Positions 49,699 to 60,634 of a stretch of DNA of 64,000 bases are shown piece by piece. Position 1 is the first letter of the stretch, and the number at the start of each line of letters is the position of its first letter. Position numbers and translations under genes: made by a program. The notes under the pieces were generated by a model that saw nothing but the letters and a program-made list of their open reading frames with translations, did no database searches and was not told the DNA's origin. The stretch covers positions 25,863-89,862 of the forward strand of contig JBCBZT010000034.1 in NCBI GenBank assembly GCA_039815185.1, read 5' to 3'. This stretch comes from Cyanobacteria bacterium P01_A01_bin.123 (lineage in GTDB: Bacteria > Cyanobacteriota > Cyanobacteriia > Phormidesmidales > Phormidesmidaceae).

Positions 49699-51753
49699 AT
49701 GAGTAACCTTGTTTCTGTTGTAGAGCAGCTGTTCAAGGCGCTGCCGACTGTCAGACCACAACTCTATTTCAAGACATCTCTCACAGCCCTCTCCCATGCA
49801 ATGGAAGATCAGGTACTGGCGGGTTCAGAGCGTCCCCTGGTGATTGCTAGCTTCCAACAGGAGCGATTTTACCGACAAGAAGCGCATCGCTATCAACGCA
49901 TTGCCGATATTACTGACCAGGTCTATGTCCTTTCTGCCGCCGAGACAAGCTTTGAACATGGCTCTCATTTGTATGAAACTATCGCCTTTGATAGCCAAGA
50001 TGCCTTAACCCAGGAATGGCATCTGATAGTGATGGGTGAAGACTACAGTGCCTGTTTGATTTGTCGAGAGCGGCAACCCGTTTCTGGTATCTCGCGATCG
50101 CCAGGATTGCCCGCATTAGAGCAAACTCGGCGATTTGAAGGGCTTTGGACTCAAGATCGTCACGTCACCCAGCAAGCGGCCCAAATGCTGCTGCTGCGCA
50201 TCCAAGACTATCGTCCTGATTTAGCCGACAAGCTTGATCAGGCGCGCGATCGCTTTCTAGCTGATATCGCGACCCACAATGGCGCCGATTTTGAAACCGA
50301 CCCCTTTACCCAACGGCTGGTGACCTATCTACAAGCGGGCCAGTACAAACTGCTCAAAGCTTACAAAGCCATCTCTGCCCAAGAGCGGCGAGAGCGACTG
50401 GTGAATTCCATCACCGCTGCGATGCGGCGTTCCCTCAATCCCGCTGAAATTTTCAAAATCGCTGTTCAAGAACTGGGGCAAGCGATCCATCCCAGTCGCT
50501 GCTTGATCTACCGCTACAGCGATCGCCAAGCTACCACTGCAATTCACCACGAATCTCTCGAACCTGGCATTGATACCTTAATCGAACAAACCTGGCCGTT
50601 AGAAAACAATCCGCTGTTTCAGCAGGTCAGAGAACAGCAAACCACGCTGATCATACCCGACACTCAAGACAGTGAATCTCCCAATTATGCAGCACTCAAA
50701 CCCTTAAAGCCGCTACTATCCCAATGGCACATTCGCTCGTGGTTGATGGTACCGCTGATTTACCAAGGGCGGTTGTTGGGCATGATCGAATTGCACCACT
50801 GCCAGCCTATCCCCTACGCCTGGACGGATAATGATGTTGCCTTAGTCGAGGCGATCGCGACTCAATTGAGCGTGGCCATTATTCAAGCCGATGCTTATGC
50901 CAACCTCGAAGTGCTCAACCAACAGCTCGCAGCCCTAGAGCGCACTCGTAGTAATTTAATTGCCATTACCGGTCACGAACTCCGAACGCCCCTATCAACC
51001 ATTCAGGTGTGTCTAGAGAGCTTATCCACCGAGCCTGATATGCCCCCAGCGTTACAACAAGTAATGCTTAACGCTGCTCTGACTGATGCCGAACGAATGC
51101 GAAAACTCGTCCAAGACTTTTTAACCCTATCTCGCTTAGAAAGTGGCCGCATCGAGTGGAACTTAGAATCTTTATCGCTGCATGAATGTGTTGACCTCGC
51201 CCTCAGCAGCATTCGTGCCAAATATGCTAAAACACCGATTCCCACCATCCAGACCGAAATTTCGCCCCAGGTCCCTTTAGTCAAAGCAGATGGGGAATGG
51301 CTTGTTGAAGTCCTCACTAAGCTACTGGATAACGCCTGTAAGTTTACAGAGACCAGCGGTCAAATTACGATTTCGGCCTATGATCAGCGCCAAACTCCCA
51401 AAACACCCCAGGTAGAGGTGATCGTAACAGACACCGGACGCGGGATAGAACAGAACCAATTAGAAACGGTCTTCGATCGGTTTTATCAAGAAGAAGGTGC
51501 ACTCCGACGCACCACAGGGGGCACAGGCCTAGGACTCGCTATTTCCCGACAAATTGTGGCAGGGCTAGGTGGAACCATCTGGGCCACATCCCAAGGGAAG
51601 GATCAGGGTAGTCAGTTCCACTTAACTTTGCCCGCAGTCGAAGCCATCAGCAAATCCCCAGAGGTTCAGCCCAAGGAAGCCCCATCGCGACGAAAATCGG
51701 TCAGTAGCAAACGCAATCGAACCCCACGGGACAAACTTGTCCCTGATTCATAG
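49699..51753 (+). CDS. DICT-GAF sensor histidine kinase
   Basis: YFKTSLTALSHAMED (DICT), GAF domain, GHELRTP, DTGRG, GTGLGL. Confidence 0.92.
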   Translation: MSNLVSVVEQLFKALPTVRPQLYFKTSLTALSHAMEDQVLAGSERPLVIASFQQERFYRQEAHRYQRIADITDQVYVLSAAETSFEHGSHLYETIAFDSQDALTQEWHLIVMGEDYSACLICRERQPVSGISRSPGLPALEQTRRFEGLWTQDRHVTQQAAQMLLLRIQDYRPDLADKLDQARDRFLADIATHNGADFETDPFTQRLVTYLQAGQYKLLKAYKAISAQERRERLVNSITAAMRRSLNPAEIFKIAVQELGQAIHPSRCLIYRYSDRQATTAIHHESLEPGIDTLIEQTWPLENNPLFQQVREQQTTLIIPDTQDSESPNYAALKPLKPLLSQWHIRSWLMVPLIYQGRLLGMIELHHCQPIPYAWTDNDVALVEAIATQLSVAIIQADAYANLEVLNQQLAALERTRSNLIAITGHELRTPLSTIQVCLESLSTEPDMPPALQQVMLNAALTDAERMRKLVQDFLTLSRLESGRIEWNLESLSLHECVDLALSSIRAKYAKTPIPTIQTEISPQVPLVKADGEWLVEVLTKLLDNACKFTETSGQITISAYDQRQTPKTPQVEVIVTDTGRGIEQNQLETVFDRFYQEEGALRRTTGGTGLGLAISRQIVAGLGGTIWATSQGKDQGSQFHLTLPAVEAISKSPEVQPKEAPSRRKSVSSKRNRTPRDKLVPDS

Positions 51754-51921
51754 TTCCAGCCGATCCGCCGCTGTCGCCCCGGTGATGCCTTTGAGTAGAC
51801 TGTACCAAACGGGCAGTGTGTAGCGGCTTACCTGAAGAACTGTTACGCTTCCTGACAAAGTCGCCAAATGGTATCCCTGAGGGTGATACGATGCCGAACA
51901 AAAGGTTGAGAGATATTATCC

Positions 51922-52350
51922 ATGACGGAAACTCTGACTGGTAAAACTCCTATATTCGGTGGCAGCACGGGCGGTCTTCTCACTAAGGCCGAAGTTGAAG
52001 AAAAGTATGCAATCACTTGGACTAGCCCTAAGGAACAGGTGTTTGAAATGCCGACTGGCGGTGCTGCGGTTATGAACGAAGGCGAAAATCTACTTTATCT
52101 AGCCCGCAAAGAACAGTGCTTAGCTTTGGGCACCCAGCTACGCACCAAGTTCAAGCCTAAGATGGAAGATTACAAGATTTACCGCATTTTTCCCAGCGGT
52201 GAGACCGAGTATCTCCATCCAGCAGATGGCGTTTTCCCTGAGAAAGTGAATGAAGGTCGTGACTTCTACGGCAAGATAGATCGCAATATCGGTAGCAATC
52301 CTAACCCAGCAACTGTGAAGTTCAGCGGTAAAGAACCTTACGAGGTCTAA
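51922..52350 (+). CDS. psaD: Photosystem I subunit II
   Basis: [40 protein letters not shown]. Confidence 0.98.
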   Translation: MTETLTGKTPIFGGSTGGLLTKAEVEEKYAITWTSPKEQVFEMPTGGAAVMNEGENLLYLARKEQCLALGTQLRTKFKPKMEDYKIYRIFPSGETEYLHPADGVFPEKVNEGRDFYGKIDRNIGSNPNPATVKFSGKEPYEV

Positions 52351-52436
52351 ATTAAAGTCTTAGCTATCTCTGTCAAGCGCTGATTGTTTAGCACCCTGCT
52401 ATTACGCTTTACTTAGGTAGCCAAGATTTATCCAAG

Positions 52437-52466
52437 AAAAGAGCAGCCTTTAGAGCTGCTCTTTTT
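52437..52466 (+). terminator. Intrinsic terminator after psaD
   Basis: AAAA-GAGCAGC-CTTTAGA-GCTGCTC-TTTTT. Confidence 0.85.
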
Positions 52467-52639
52467 GTTGTTCTGCGCGATTTTAAGGAAGATAGGTGCT
52501 CTAGCAGTTCTGGACAGTTAGGCCATGGCTGTAATCCAGATTGTGTGTAGACTAAGCATTCCAATAACATTCAGTGCATTAAGCGAGCTGGCCAGGGCAA
52601 TAAAGACTTTCTGTAGCAAACTGTCTGAGGCGCTTAAAT

Positions 52640-52873
52640 ATGAATCCAATTACAAAAGTTGAAGAAGCATTGCTAAAAATAGACCAATTCTTTGGGACAG
52701 CCTCTGAACTTCGACTTCCCATCTCGGATTCCTTAAATGACTCAGTTGGAATAAATATGGCTATCATCACTGACAAGATTTTGGCAAAAGGATGGATACC
52801 AAATGGTTTTGAAGCCAAAGATGGCTATCGTGTTTATCTATATCAAGCATCAGATCCATCGAAATCTTCTTGA
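52640..52873 (+). CDS. Hypothetical small protein
   Basis: 77-aa AT-rich ORF upstream of the GST gene. Confidence 0.55.
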   Translation: MNPITKVEEALLKIDQFFGTASELRLPISDSLNDSVGINMAIITDKILAKGWIPNGFEAKDGYRVYLYQASDPSKSS

Positions 52874-52937
52874 TTTGTTAAGTAGACGGATTCAAGCAAA
52901 CACAAGTGTCTTTTAAAATCAGTTTATACAGCATGTC

Positions 52938-53552
52938 ATGAACATGAAATTATATGGACATCCTGATTCGGGTCATGCTTATAAAGTGAAACTCTGTTTA
53001 GAAGTGGCAGAAATTCCCCATGACTATGAAGAGCTGGATATTTTTTCTGATCGTGAAAGCAGACCTTTTGACTTTAGAAATAATTCCAGATTCCATGAAG
53101 TCCCCCTACTCATTGATAACAATCAGGCTTACGTGCAATCAAATGCTATTTTGATTCATTTGGCGACTAAATATAAAATATTGGGCGCAGAAGATGAAAA
53201 GACATTTAACCGTTGCATAGAGTGGCTTTTTTGGGAAGCCAACAAAATCGGTATGTGTTTGCCTCAACTCAGAGCATCGAGAAAATTTGAACAATTTAGA
53301 TTGAGTGGAGGTGCACAACAATGGTTGACTGAAAGATACACCCATGATGTTCAAAGATTAGAAACGGAACTGTCAGATCGACGGCAGTTTATTATCGGTG
53401 ATCATCCTACGATTGCTGATTTTTCACTGTGTGGCTATTTATACTTCTTAGAAGAAGCAGCGCTTGAAGCACCTCAATATGTTCAAGCATGGTTGGGGCG
53501 ACTTTCAGAACTTAAAGGGTGGATGCATCCCTATCAGTTATTGCGTGTTTAA
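52938..53552 (+). CDS. Glutathione S-transferase family protein
   Basis: SGHAYKV, EVPLL, QSNAIL, PTIADF. Confidence 0.9.
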   Translation: MNMKLYGHPDSGHAYKVKLCLEVAEIPHDYEELDIFSDRESRPFDFRNNSRFHEVPLLIDNNQAYVQSNAILIHLATKYKILGAEDEKTFNRCIEWLFWEANKIGMCLPQLRASRKFEQFRLSGGAQQWLTERYTHDVQRLETELSDRRQFIIGDHPTIADFSLCGYLYFLEEAALEAPQYVQAWLGRLSELKGWMHPYQLLRV

Positions 53553-53612
53553 AGCGGCTCCATGCGATCGCACGATAGAGTAATACTAATCGGCTCAAAC
53601 GGTAATATTGCT

Positions 53613-55151
53613 ATGATTTTCCCGGAGTTTGGACAGTTTCAAAGCCTCGCCCAACAGGGTAACTTTGTGCCAGTTTACCAAGAGTGGGTAGCCGATCTAG
53701 ATACCCCGGTCTCTGCTTGGTACAAAGTTTGTGCCGGGAAGCCCTACAGCTTTTTGCTGGAGTCTGTAGAAGGGGGTGAAAACCTTGCTCGCTACAGCCT
53801 ACTCGGGTGCGATCCACTTTGGATTTTAGAAACCCGAGGCGATCGCACAACCCAAACTCACCGCGATGGCAGTGTCAAAACCTTTGCAGGCGATCCTTTC
53901 AAAATCTTGGCCCAGTGTTTAGAGCCCTATAAACCGGTCAAATTACCTGCCTTACCAGCAGGCATCGGGGGGCTTTTTGGCTTTTGGGGCTACGAGCTGA
54001 TTCGCTGGATTGAACCCTCTGTCACGACTTATCCCGCAAATCCAAGCGATCTCCCTGACGGCTTGTGGATGCAGGTTGATAACTTGATGATCTTCGATCA
54101 GGTGAAACGCAAAATTTGGGCGATCGCCTATGCGGATCTGCGCCAGCATAACAGCAATTTGCAGGTAGCCTATGACCAAGCCTGCGATCGCGTCTCCCAA
54201 TTGGTCAGCAAGCTCCAACTCCCCATCTCTAGGGATGATACCCTAATGTCCTGGGCCCCCCCTAGCGACCGGATGGAACAAACTGCCCTAACCTACACTA
54301 GCAACCGCAGCAAAGACGAGTTTTGTGACAGCGTGGAAACCGCTAAAGCCCACATTCGCGCTGGCGATATCTTTCAGGTGGTGATTTCTCAACGGCTGAC
54401 CACTGATTATCAGGGTGACCCATTCAACCTATACCGCTCATTGCGGTTGATCAACCCATCGCCCTACATGGCCTATTTTCACTTCAATGATTGGCAAATC
54501 ATCGGCTCGAGTCCTGAAGTGATGGTCAAAGCTAATCGAGGCGATACAGTTGATGCCCCACTCAAAGCCGTGGTGCGTCCTATTGCCGGGACGCGACCCC
54601 GCGGCAAAACCCCTGAAGCAGACGATGCCTTGGCAACTGAGCTGTTAGCCGATCCAAAAGAAATTGCTGAACATGTCATGCTGATTGATCTGGGACGCAA
54701 CGATCTGGGCCGGGTATGCCTCAAAGGCAGCGTCAAAGTCGATGAACTGATGGTGGTTGAACGCTACTCCCATGTCATGCACATTGTGAGTAATGTAGTG
54801 GGCGATCTTGAACCGCAAAAAACAACGTGGGATTTGCTCAAAGCTTGCTTTCCCGCTGGCACCGTTAGCGGCGCTCCAAAAATCCGCGCCATGCAAATTA
54901 TCAACGATCTAGAGCCAGGGCGGCGGGGGCCTTACTCTGGGGTCTACGGTTACTACGATTTTGAGGGCCAACTCAATTCAGCCATCACCATTCGTACTAT
55001 GATCGTCCAGACCCAAACCGATGGCACTTGCCAAGTCAATGTCCAGGCTGGTGCCGGTCTGGTGGCTGATTCTGTACCCGAACGTGAGTATCAAGAAACC
55101 TTGAATAAAGCCCGAGGCATGCTGGAAGCAATTCGCTGCTTGCAAGTTTAA
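53613..55151 (+). CDS. trpE: Anthranilate synthase component I
   Basis: DLDTPVSA, LLESVEGG, NPSPYM, SSPE, PIAGTR, FPAGTVSGAPK; ATG 53613 preferred. Confidence 0.96.
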   Translation: MIFPEFGQFQSLAQQGNFVPVYQEWVADLDTPVSAWYKVCAGKPYSFLLESVEGGENLARYSLLGCDPLWILETRGDRTTQTHRDGSVKTFAGDPFKILAQCLEPYKPVKLPALPAGIGGLFGFWGYELIRWIEPSVTTYPANPSDLPDGLWMQVDNLMIFDQVKRKIWAIAYADLRQHNSNLQVAYDQACDRVSQLVSKLQLPISRDDTLMSWAPPSDRMEQTALTYTSNRSKDEFCDSVETAKAHIRAGDIFQVVISQRLTTDYQGDPFNLYRSLRLINPSPYMAYFHFNDWQIIGSSPEVMVKANRGDTVDAPLKAVVRPIAGTRPRGKTPEADDALATELLADPKEIAEHVMLIDLGRNDLGRVCLKGSVKVDELMVVERYSHVMHIVSNVVGDLEPQKTTWDLLKACFPAGTVSGAPKIRAMQIINDLEPGRRGPYSGVYGYYDFEGQLNSAITIRTMIVQTQTDGTCQVNVQAGAGLVADSVPEREYQETLNKARGMLEAIRCLQV

Positions 55152-56530
55152 CTCGGGGATTGAAATAACGCATTCAGACTGGTTTCAGGTTGGGTAAGGT
55201 TCAGCAGTTCAGCTTCATAAGGAATCACACCCACTTGCTCACTGCCTAAACACTGTGCCGCCGCACGGGACAAATCAAGGGAGCGTTCACCAATGTACGG
55301 GCCTCGATCATTGACTCTCACCACAACACTATGGTCATTCAGCTCATTTCTAACCTTGAGATAAGTGCCTAATGGCAAGTCAGGGTGAGCTGCCGTCAAT
55401 GCATATTGATCAAACACTTCGCCATTGGCAGTCTGTCGCCCGTGAAAATAAGGGCCGTACCATGAAGCAACGCCTGAAAAGCGATCGCCCGTTTCGTCAA
55501 ACCCAAAGAGCAGGATTTGCATACTCCCCATATCTAGCGGCACGCCCCCTAGGGCACGACGCAGATTATTAATCCAGCCAATCACCATCCATGTCTCTTC
55601 AATGGACAGATCTACCGTCACCTCTGGATTAGCCACAAACAAAATTTGATCACCCACCTTCACCCCTGGCCAACCTTCGATCCGTGTCGGTCGAATCTGC
55701 TCAGGCTGGAGAGCACCAGCCTGTAAGTAGGCATTTAGGTTTTGGGCAATTTCGTGGGCAACTTCTAAGTTTGCGACTTCGCCAACCCAGGTATCTTTTA
55801 CCCAAATTTGATAGGCAGTTTTCCCTTGACTTTTTAAACTCCCAACATCCTCAGGCGGCAACCAACCCAAACACTGTTCCAGGTCTGTTCGATTCGCTAA
55901 ACCATCGAACAAAAATCCAGAGTGACTCACAGCTTCATCCGTAGGCCGCACTACCTTGACCACAACTGCATCGCGTTCATCAGGAGATTCCTGATGAGCG
56001 CGATCGCCAAGGTTTGCTGAGATAGACGCGCTTGAAATCGACCTAGGGGCCTGCCGTTCTGAAGACACATTTGAGCGGTTAGCAGACGATGGCCAGGTCA
56101 ATTGAGGTGAGGCAACAGGGGGAGCATCAGCGATCGCTTTGCCGAAGTCAGACCACCAAATTAAGCTGCCGATATGAGTTAACCAGGCCTGAAGCGGTTG
56201 AACCTGGCGCCTTGACTGAGGAATAGATTGAATATTATCGCCGAATTGAGATCTTCGAGTTTGTGCCTGCAGTGGTTGAGGTTGGCTGGGTGAAACGGCG
56301 TTGATCACCTCAGCCGCCCTCAGGGCTGAAAATTGGTATGTCGAAGAAACTGAGCGAAACAGCATTGCCCTCCCCCAGCGCGAGTAACGCGCACCCGGGG
56401 GCTTTGCGGCTAGGGCTGTCGGGGAAATTTGATCGGTAGACGCATCTGTAAGCCTGAGAGTGCGGCTAATTGGCTCTACATTGCCTAACATTGAGGCTAT
56501 CCAAATGAAACCAAGAATGTTGATTAGCAT
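55148..56530 (-). CDS. rlpA: RlpA-family lytic transglycosylase domain protein
   Basis: GVASWYG..FHGRQTANGE..TAAHPDLP..VRVNDRGP..LDLSRAAA. Confidence 0.88.
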   Translation of the reverse strand: MLINILGFIWIASMLGNVEPISRTLRLTDASTDQISPTALAAKPPGARYSRWGRAMLFRSVSSTYQFSALRAAEVINAVSPSQPQPLQAQTRRSQFGDNIQSIPQSRRQVQPLQAWLTHIGSLIWWSDFGKAIADAPPVASPQLTWPSSANRSNVSSERQAPRSISSASISANLGDRAHQESPDERDAVVVKVVRPTDEAVSHSGFLFDGLANRTDLEQCLGWLPPEDVGSLKSQGKTAYQIWVKDTWVGEVANLEVAHEIAQNLNAYLQAGALQPEQIRPTRIEGWPGVKVGDQILFVANPEVTVDLSIEETWMVIGWINNLRRALGGVPLDMGSMQILLFGFDETGDRFSGVASWYGPYFHGRQTANGEVFDQYALTAAHPDLPLGTYLKVRNELNDHSVVVRVNDRGPYIGERSLDLSRAAAQCLGSEQVGVIPYEAELLNLTQPETSLNALFQSPS

Positions 56531-56790
56531 TAGCTAGAGTTAGAAAACTGTTGAAACCGCTTAATCGTCACGTTTGTATCTAAGAGAACATTTTCGAATC
56601 GATTTAACAGTATACACATAACCTTCACAAACTGGATCAGTGATGCCCCGTAGCAGGGGTTATACAGCTTACTTGGGATTAAGATGAAACAATCTGGCCA
56701 GATTGTTTCATAACGTAACCTAACAGGCGACTCTTTATGATCTGTCAATGGCGGGAATTCTTGTTTTGCTCAGTCTTCAACTAACGACCC

Positions 56791-57711
56791 ATGGTTCTCG
56801 CTCAAGGCTTAACCCCCGAACGCTTCACGGCGCTCAAACAACGCTTAATTCAGCATTTGAGCAATTTAGCACACGATCGCAACCCTGATTTTTCTCCCTT
56901 GGGGCATCGATTAGCTCAACACTACATTCAACAGTCGTTAGCGCCCTTTGGGGCCGTTGTCCCTCATCGATTCAGTCATCAAGGTCGGGAACACGTTAAT
57001 TGGAGCCTGTCTTTGTCGGCACAGCAGTCTGCGATCGCGACCCATGCCGCGGCTAAGGGCCTCAATCCTGATCACCCCCCGCATCAACCGATTGTGATCG
57101 CAGCTCACTATGACACAGTACCGGGGTCGCCAGGTGCCGATGACAACGGTTCTGGTGTAGCTGTTTTACTAGAGCTGGCGCGGTTGTTTACAGAACATCC
57201 TGGGCGATCGCCTTTAAAGTTGATTGCCTTTGATCTAGAAGAATATGGCTTGGTGGGTAGTCGTGCCTATGTGCAACACCACCTAAAGCATCGTCCCCCC
57301 TTGAGGTTAATGTTATCGCTAGAGATGCTGGGCTATTTTGACACCACACCTTATTCCCAGCAATATCCTCCTGGTTTGAAATATTTCTATCCTCATCAGG
57401 GCAATTTCCTGGGTCTGATCGGTAACTGGCAAACCGTACCTGATTTAATCAGGCTGAGGCGTCAGGTTCGTCAGGCAGGTACGCCCTGTGAATGGTTACC
57501 GATTTTTAATCACGGGCGCCAATTTCCCGATACCCGGCGGAGCGATCATGCCCCCTTTTGGGATGCAGGGTATCGAGCCATTCTCGTCACCGATACGGCC
57601 AACCTCAGGAACCCGCATTATCATAAGTCGAGCGATCGCATCGAAACCCTCAACCTCGTTCGACTCACACAAATCTGTTGGGGGCTCTTTTGTGGTCTAA
57701 GTCAACTGTAG
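56791..57711 (+). CDS. M28 family peptidase
   Basis: AHYD, GADDNGSG, DLEE, LEMLG, SDH, HYH. Confidence 0.9.
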   Translation: MVLAQGLTPERFTALKQRLIQHLSNLAHDRNPDFSPLGHRLAQHYIQQSLAPFGAVVPHRFSHQGREHVNWSLSLSAQQSAIATHAAAKGLNPDHPPHQPIVIAAHYDTVPGSPGADDNGSGVAVLLELARLFTEHPGRSPLKLIAFDLEEYGLVGSRAYVQHHLKHRPPLRLMLSLEMLGYFDTTPYSQQYPPGLKYFYPHQGNFLGLIGNWQTVPDLIRLRRQVRQAGTPCEWLPIFNHGRQFPDTRRSDHAPFWDAGYRAILVTDTANLRNPHYHKSSDRIETLNLVRLTQICWGLFCGLSQL

Positions 57712-57760
57712 AAATGACCCATAACAACCCTATTGGCCTAAAATCTGATCTAATCAAAAC

Positions 57761-58318
57761 CTATATCTGAGGGGCTCCCGCTTCCACCTTAAGATTAAGC
57801 GGGCCAGGGGGAAATGACAAAACCCCTGACCGATGGTGTCGAGGCTTGATCTTAAGGAGTGCAGAAACCAGGGCACGATGATCGAGATAGGGGCAATCGA
57901 GCAGTTTTAGCACGGGTTGAATTCTAACCACTGCGTTGCTAATTAGCGCGTCCTGTTGAAACCGAGGCATCAGTTCAGCTGCCCCTTGTGCCATGGCCCA
58001 CTGTTTTTCTGCAGTTATAATTTGCGTTTGACCGCCATTGCATAAAATGACTTTCAGCTCTGGAGCGCGATCGCGACACCAACGACACAAAGCATAGGGT
58101 CGCAGGGGCTGCAGCCGAGTATCCAGCAGCAGCAAGTCAGGGAGTGTCGCGTGGGTCTTCTGCAAGTGTTGAATACTCTGGAGAAATTGGATATCCGGTG
58201 ATTCCCAAATGACGCTAATGCCCTGAGACTGCAAGATTGCTTGCCATATTTTGCCTTGCAATCCCAAGGGGAAGAGCAGAACAACAAATTTTGCACACTT
58301 AATCATGGGTAGATGCAA
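57761..58318 (-). CDS. Stand-alone pseudo-receiver-like protein
   Basis: PDLLLLD, LCRWCR..PELKVIL, WAMAQGA; lacks the acidic pair and the conserved Lys. Confidence 0.6.
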   Translation of the reverse strand: MHLPMIKCAKFVVLLFPLGLQGKIWQAILQSQGISVIWESPDIQFLQSIQHLQKTHATLPDLLLLDTRLQPLRPYALCRWCRDRAPELKVILCNGGQTQIITAEKQWAMAQGAAELMPRFQQDALISNAVVRIQPVLKLLDCPYLDHRALVSALLKIKPRHHRSGVLSFPPGPLNLKVEAGAPQI

Positions 58319-58598
58319 CAGTTCGCGACATAGCTTTTCAGCACCCTAACTTAAGCTTGCCCCATTGCTTCCCTAAAATAGACTTGATGATTGTGGTCAG
58401 AGGTTGCTTGAAAAGCTGAATTAGATAACCAGCAGCATCGATGCATCAGTCAAAGACCCTGATTTGCTATCGCGTATCCAGGCAGAACGCCACTAGATAC
58501 CCTTTCCAAACAACCCCTCACCCGATCCAGATCAGACACCATCTTTCATCCTGTAGAAGCAAAAGGCCTCTGAGGAAACAAGTCTAACCTGGATAGAC

Positions 58599-59849
58599 TT
58601 AGGAAGACTGTTTATTATGACGACTAAAGTGCTGGGATCGAGCTTTTTTGCGGGTACTGGACACCTTCCCCGCAGAGAACCCTTGAGAGAGATCTCTCAA
58701 CATCGCTGACTCTTGACTCAAAGCAGATGATTGGGGTGCTGCAGCGACGCACTGATTGGCCTGAATGAGCACAGCGCTGGCCCCGGCTAAGTCGCCAGTA
58801 TCGGCCTTTGCGATCGCTTCTTTTCGGGCTCGCGCCGCCATCAACATTGCCACTTGCTGTTGGACTTCCGGATCGGCTGGATAGTCTCCTAACTGCCCAA
58901 CCGGCACAACCGGCATTTGTAATGCCGTGCGCATGATTTGGCGTTCAGGTTGGCCCGGTGCATCCCAAGCTAGTCGTACATCACACAGGGAACTAAGCTG
59001 TCGCTGGGCGGGTACCCGCAGTCGCACAACCGCCTGAATCGATGACCCCATGACCAAATTGGGTAATTGGTATCGTCCAGTGGGCGTTATGTCAAAATCG
59101 TTCAAGACATCGATGACACTAACCCCAAGGCGCGGTTCTAGCCCCAAGCTGACAGTATGCCCGACGGTCGCTACCAAACCTTGCAGTTCGGTTTGAAAGA
59201 TGTCAGGCAATTGTTGCGGGGATTCAATGTGATAGAAATTGCCATCGCCACTCCGGGCCATGGCTTCTAGCAAATCTTCGCTATAGTCGTTGCCAACCCC
59301 CAGTGTGGTCGTACTAATCCCTCGACGGGTAAGGCCATGAACGTCATTGGCGATCGCATCTGGATTGGTTTCTCCCACATTGGCTAAGCCATCGGAGAGT
59401 AAAATCACTCGGTTGAGCTGTTCGGCGGAGAGATGATAACCCACCTGCATTCCTCCCTCGACCCAACCTGCATGTAGGGCTGTTGAGCTGCCAACTCGCA
59501 CCTGGCGAATAGCCTCTATGATCTTGACTTTTTGAGTTGCAGGCGTACTGGGCACAATGGTTTTCACATGGGTGTCGAAAAGGGTGACACTGACGCGATC
59601 GCCGGGCAAAAGCTGCTCTACCGCATAACAAGCAGCCTCCTTGGCGTAGGAAATTTTAGCACCCCCCATTGACCCAGATCGATCGATGACTAACCCTAGA
59701 TTAATCGGGGGACGTTCAGGCAAAAATTCAGGTGCATCTGGGGGCACAATTTTGATCAACACATCGAGGGTGGTGGCTTGATTCGCGGCGATCGCACCAT
59801 GTAGAGGCGTGAGCTGAATCATGGGCGCTTTAAAGCTGGGTTGGATCAT
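58599..59849 (-). CDS. von Willebrand factor A domain protein
   Basis: MIDAS DRSGSM, STAL, LLSDGLAN. Confidence 0.92.
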   Translation of the reverse strand: MIQPSFKAPMIQLTPLHGAIAANQATTLDVLIKIVPPDAPEFLPERPPINLGLVIDRSGSMGGAKISYAKEAACYAVEQLLPGDRVSVTLFDTHVKTIVPSTPATQKVKIIEAIRQVRVGSSTALHAGWVEGGMQVGYHLSAEQLNRVILLSDGLANVGETNPDAIANDVHGLTRRGISTTTLGVGNDYSEDLLEAMARSGDGNFYHIESPQQLPDIFQTELQGLVATVGHTVSLGLEPRLGVSVIDVLNDFDITPTGRYQLPNLVMGSSIQAVVRLRVPAQRQLSSLCDVRLAWDAPGQPERQIMRTALQMPVVPVGQLGDYPADPEVQQQVAMLMAARARKEAIAKADTGDLAGASAVLIQANQCVAAAPQSSALSQESAMLRDLSQGFSAGKVSSTRKKARSQHFSRHNKQSS

Positions 59850-60571
59850 GGTTGAGTTCTTTTGGATAAGAGGTAAACGAGCTGTTGAGCCATCAGTTGC
59901 AGCAGATTGGCCTGCTCTTGTGGGCTGGCAGGATAGATAAAATCATCACTGATCTGAATTTCCAGACCAGGGAGCACCTCTAATCGATACCAATGGGAAA
60001 CGTCAGATTTAGCAGACTGGGATAAATCTTCTTGGCTTTTTGACCGCAATATCTCCTTTGATGCAGGGTTGATAGACTGGCTGGATTGAGGCAGCATTGA
60101 CGGTAGGGGGACACCCCGCCGCTTTGAACCAGAGGCTGGACTGGAATGGGAAGCCGATGGACTGGCAGTGCGCGATCGCACCTGCTGCAAAAACGCCAAA
60201 GCCGGATTCGCCGCCTCTACGCTCAATTGCACCCCCCCTTGCAACAACGCTTCTAACGCCGCGTTTGACTGTTCTGCAATTAGGGCGCCCAAAGCGCGCA
60301 CCGTCAGCCCTTCTGCCAACAAGCGACGCACCACTAGCAATTGCAGCAGATGACGATACCCATAGCGGGCTTCGCGTCCCTGGCGTAGGGGCTTGTCCAG
60401 CAAGCCCTGGGTTGTATAATGACGCACCAATCGGGGATTTAACGCTTCTGAGCCCCGCGCCTCTTCGGTGTCAATAGGCAGGAACTGCGGTAGGCGTTCA
60501 TTCGCGATTTGAACGAATGCTTCCAAAGACCATTGGGGATTAGATTGGGCAATCTGCTGCAAGTTGCTCAT
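59846..60571 (-). CDS. MerR-type HTH regulator
   Basis: PRLVRHYTTQGLLDKP..GREARYGYRHLLQL; stop overlaps the VWA start. Confidence 0.85.
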   Translation of the reverse strand: MSNLQQIAQSNPQWSLEAFVQIANERLPQFLPIDTEEARGSEALNPRLVRHYTTQGLLDKPLRQGREARYGYRHLLQLLVVRRLLAEGLTVRALGALIAEQSNAALEALLQGGVQLSVEAANPALAFLQQVRSRTASPSASHSSPASGSKRRGVPLPSMLPQSSQSINPASKEILRSKSQEDLSQSAKSDVSHWYRLEVLPGLEIQISDDFIYPASPQEQANLLQLMAQQLVYLLSKRTQP

Positions 60572-60577
60572 AGCCCC

Positions 60578-60606
60578 ATGCTAACCCTGACAATTTTTAT
60601 TGTCAA
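60578..60606 (-). promoter_or_regulatory. Sigma70-type promoter (TTGACA-17-TAGCAT) with overlapping palindrome TGACAAT-N4-ATTGTCA
   Basis: -35 at 60606-60601, -10 at 60583-60578, palindrome at 60588-60605. Confidence 0.7.
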
Positions 60607-60634
60607 TAACAATTATCGACAGAATTGTTTTGAT

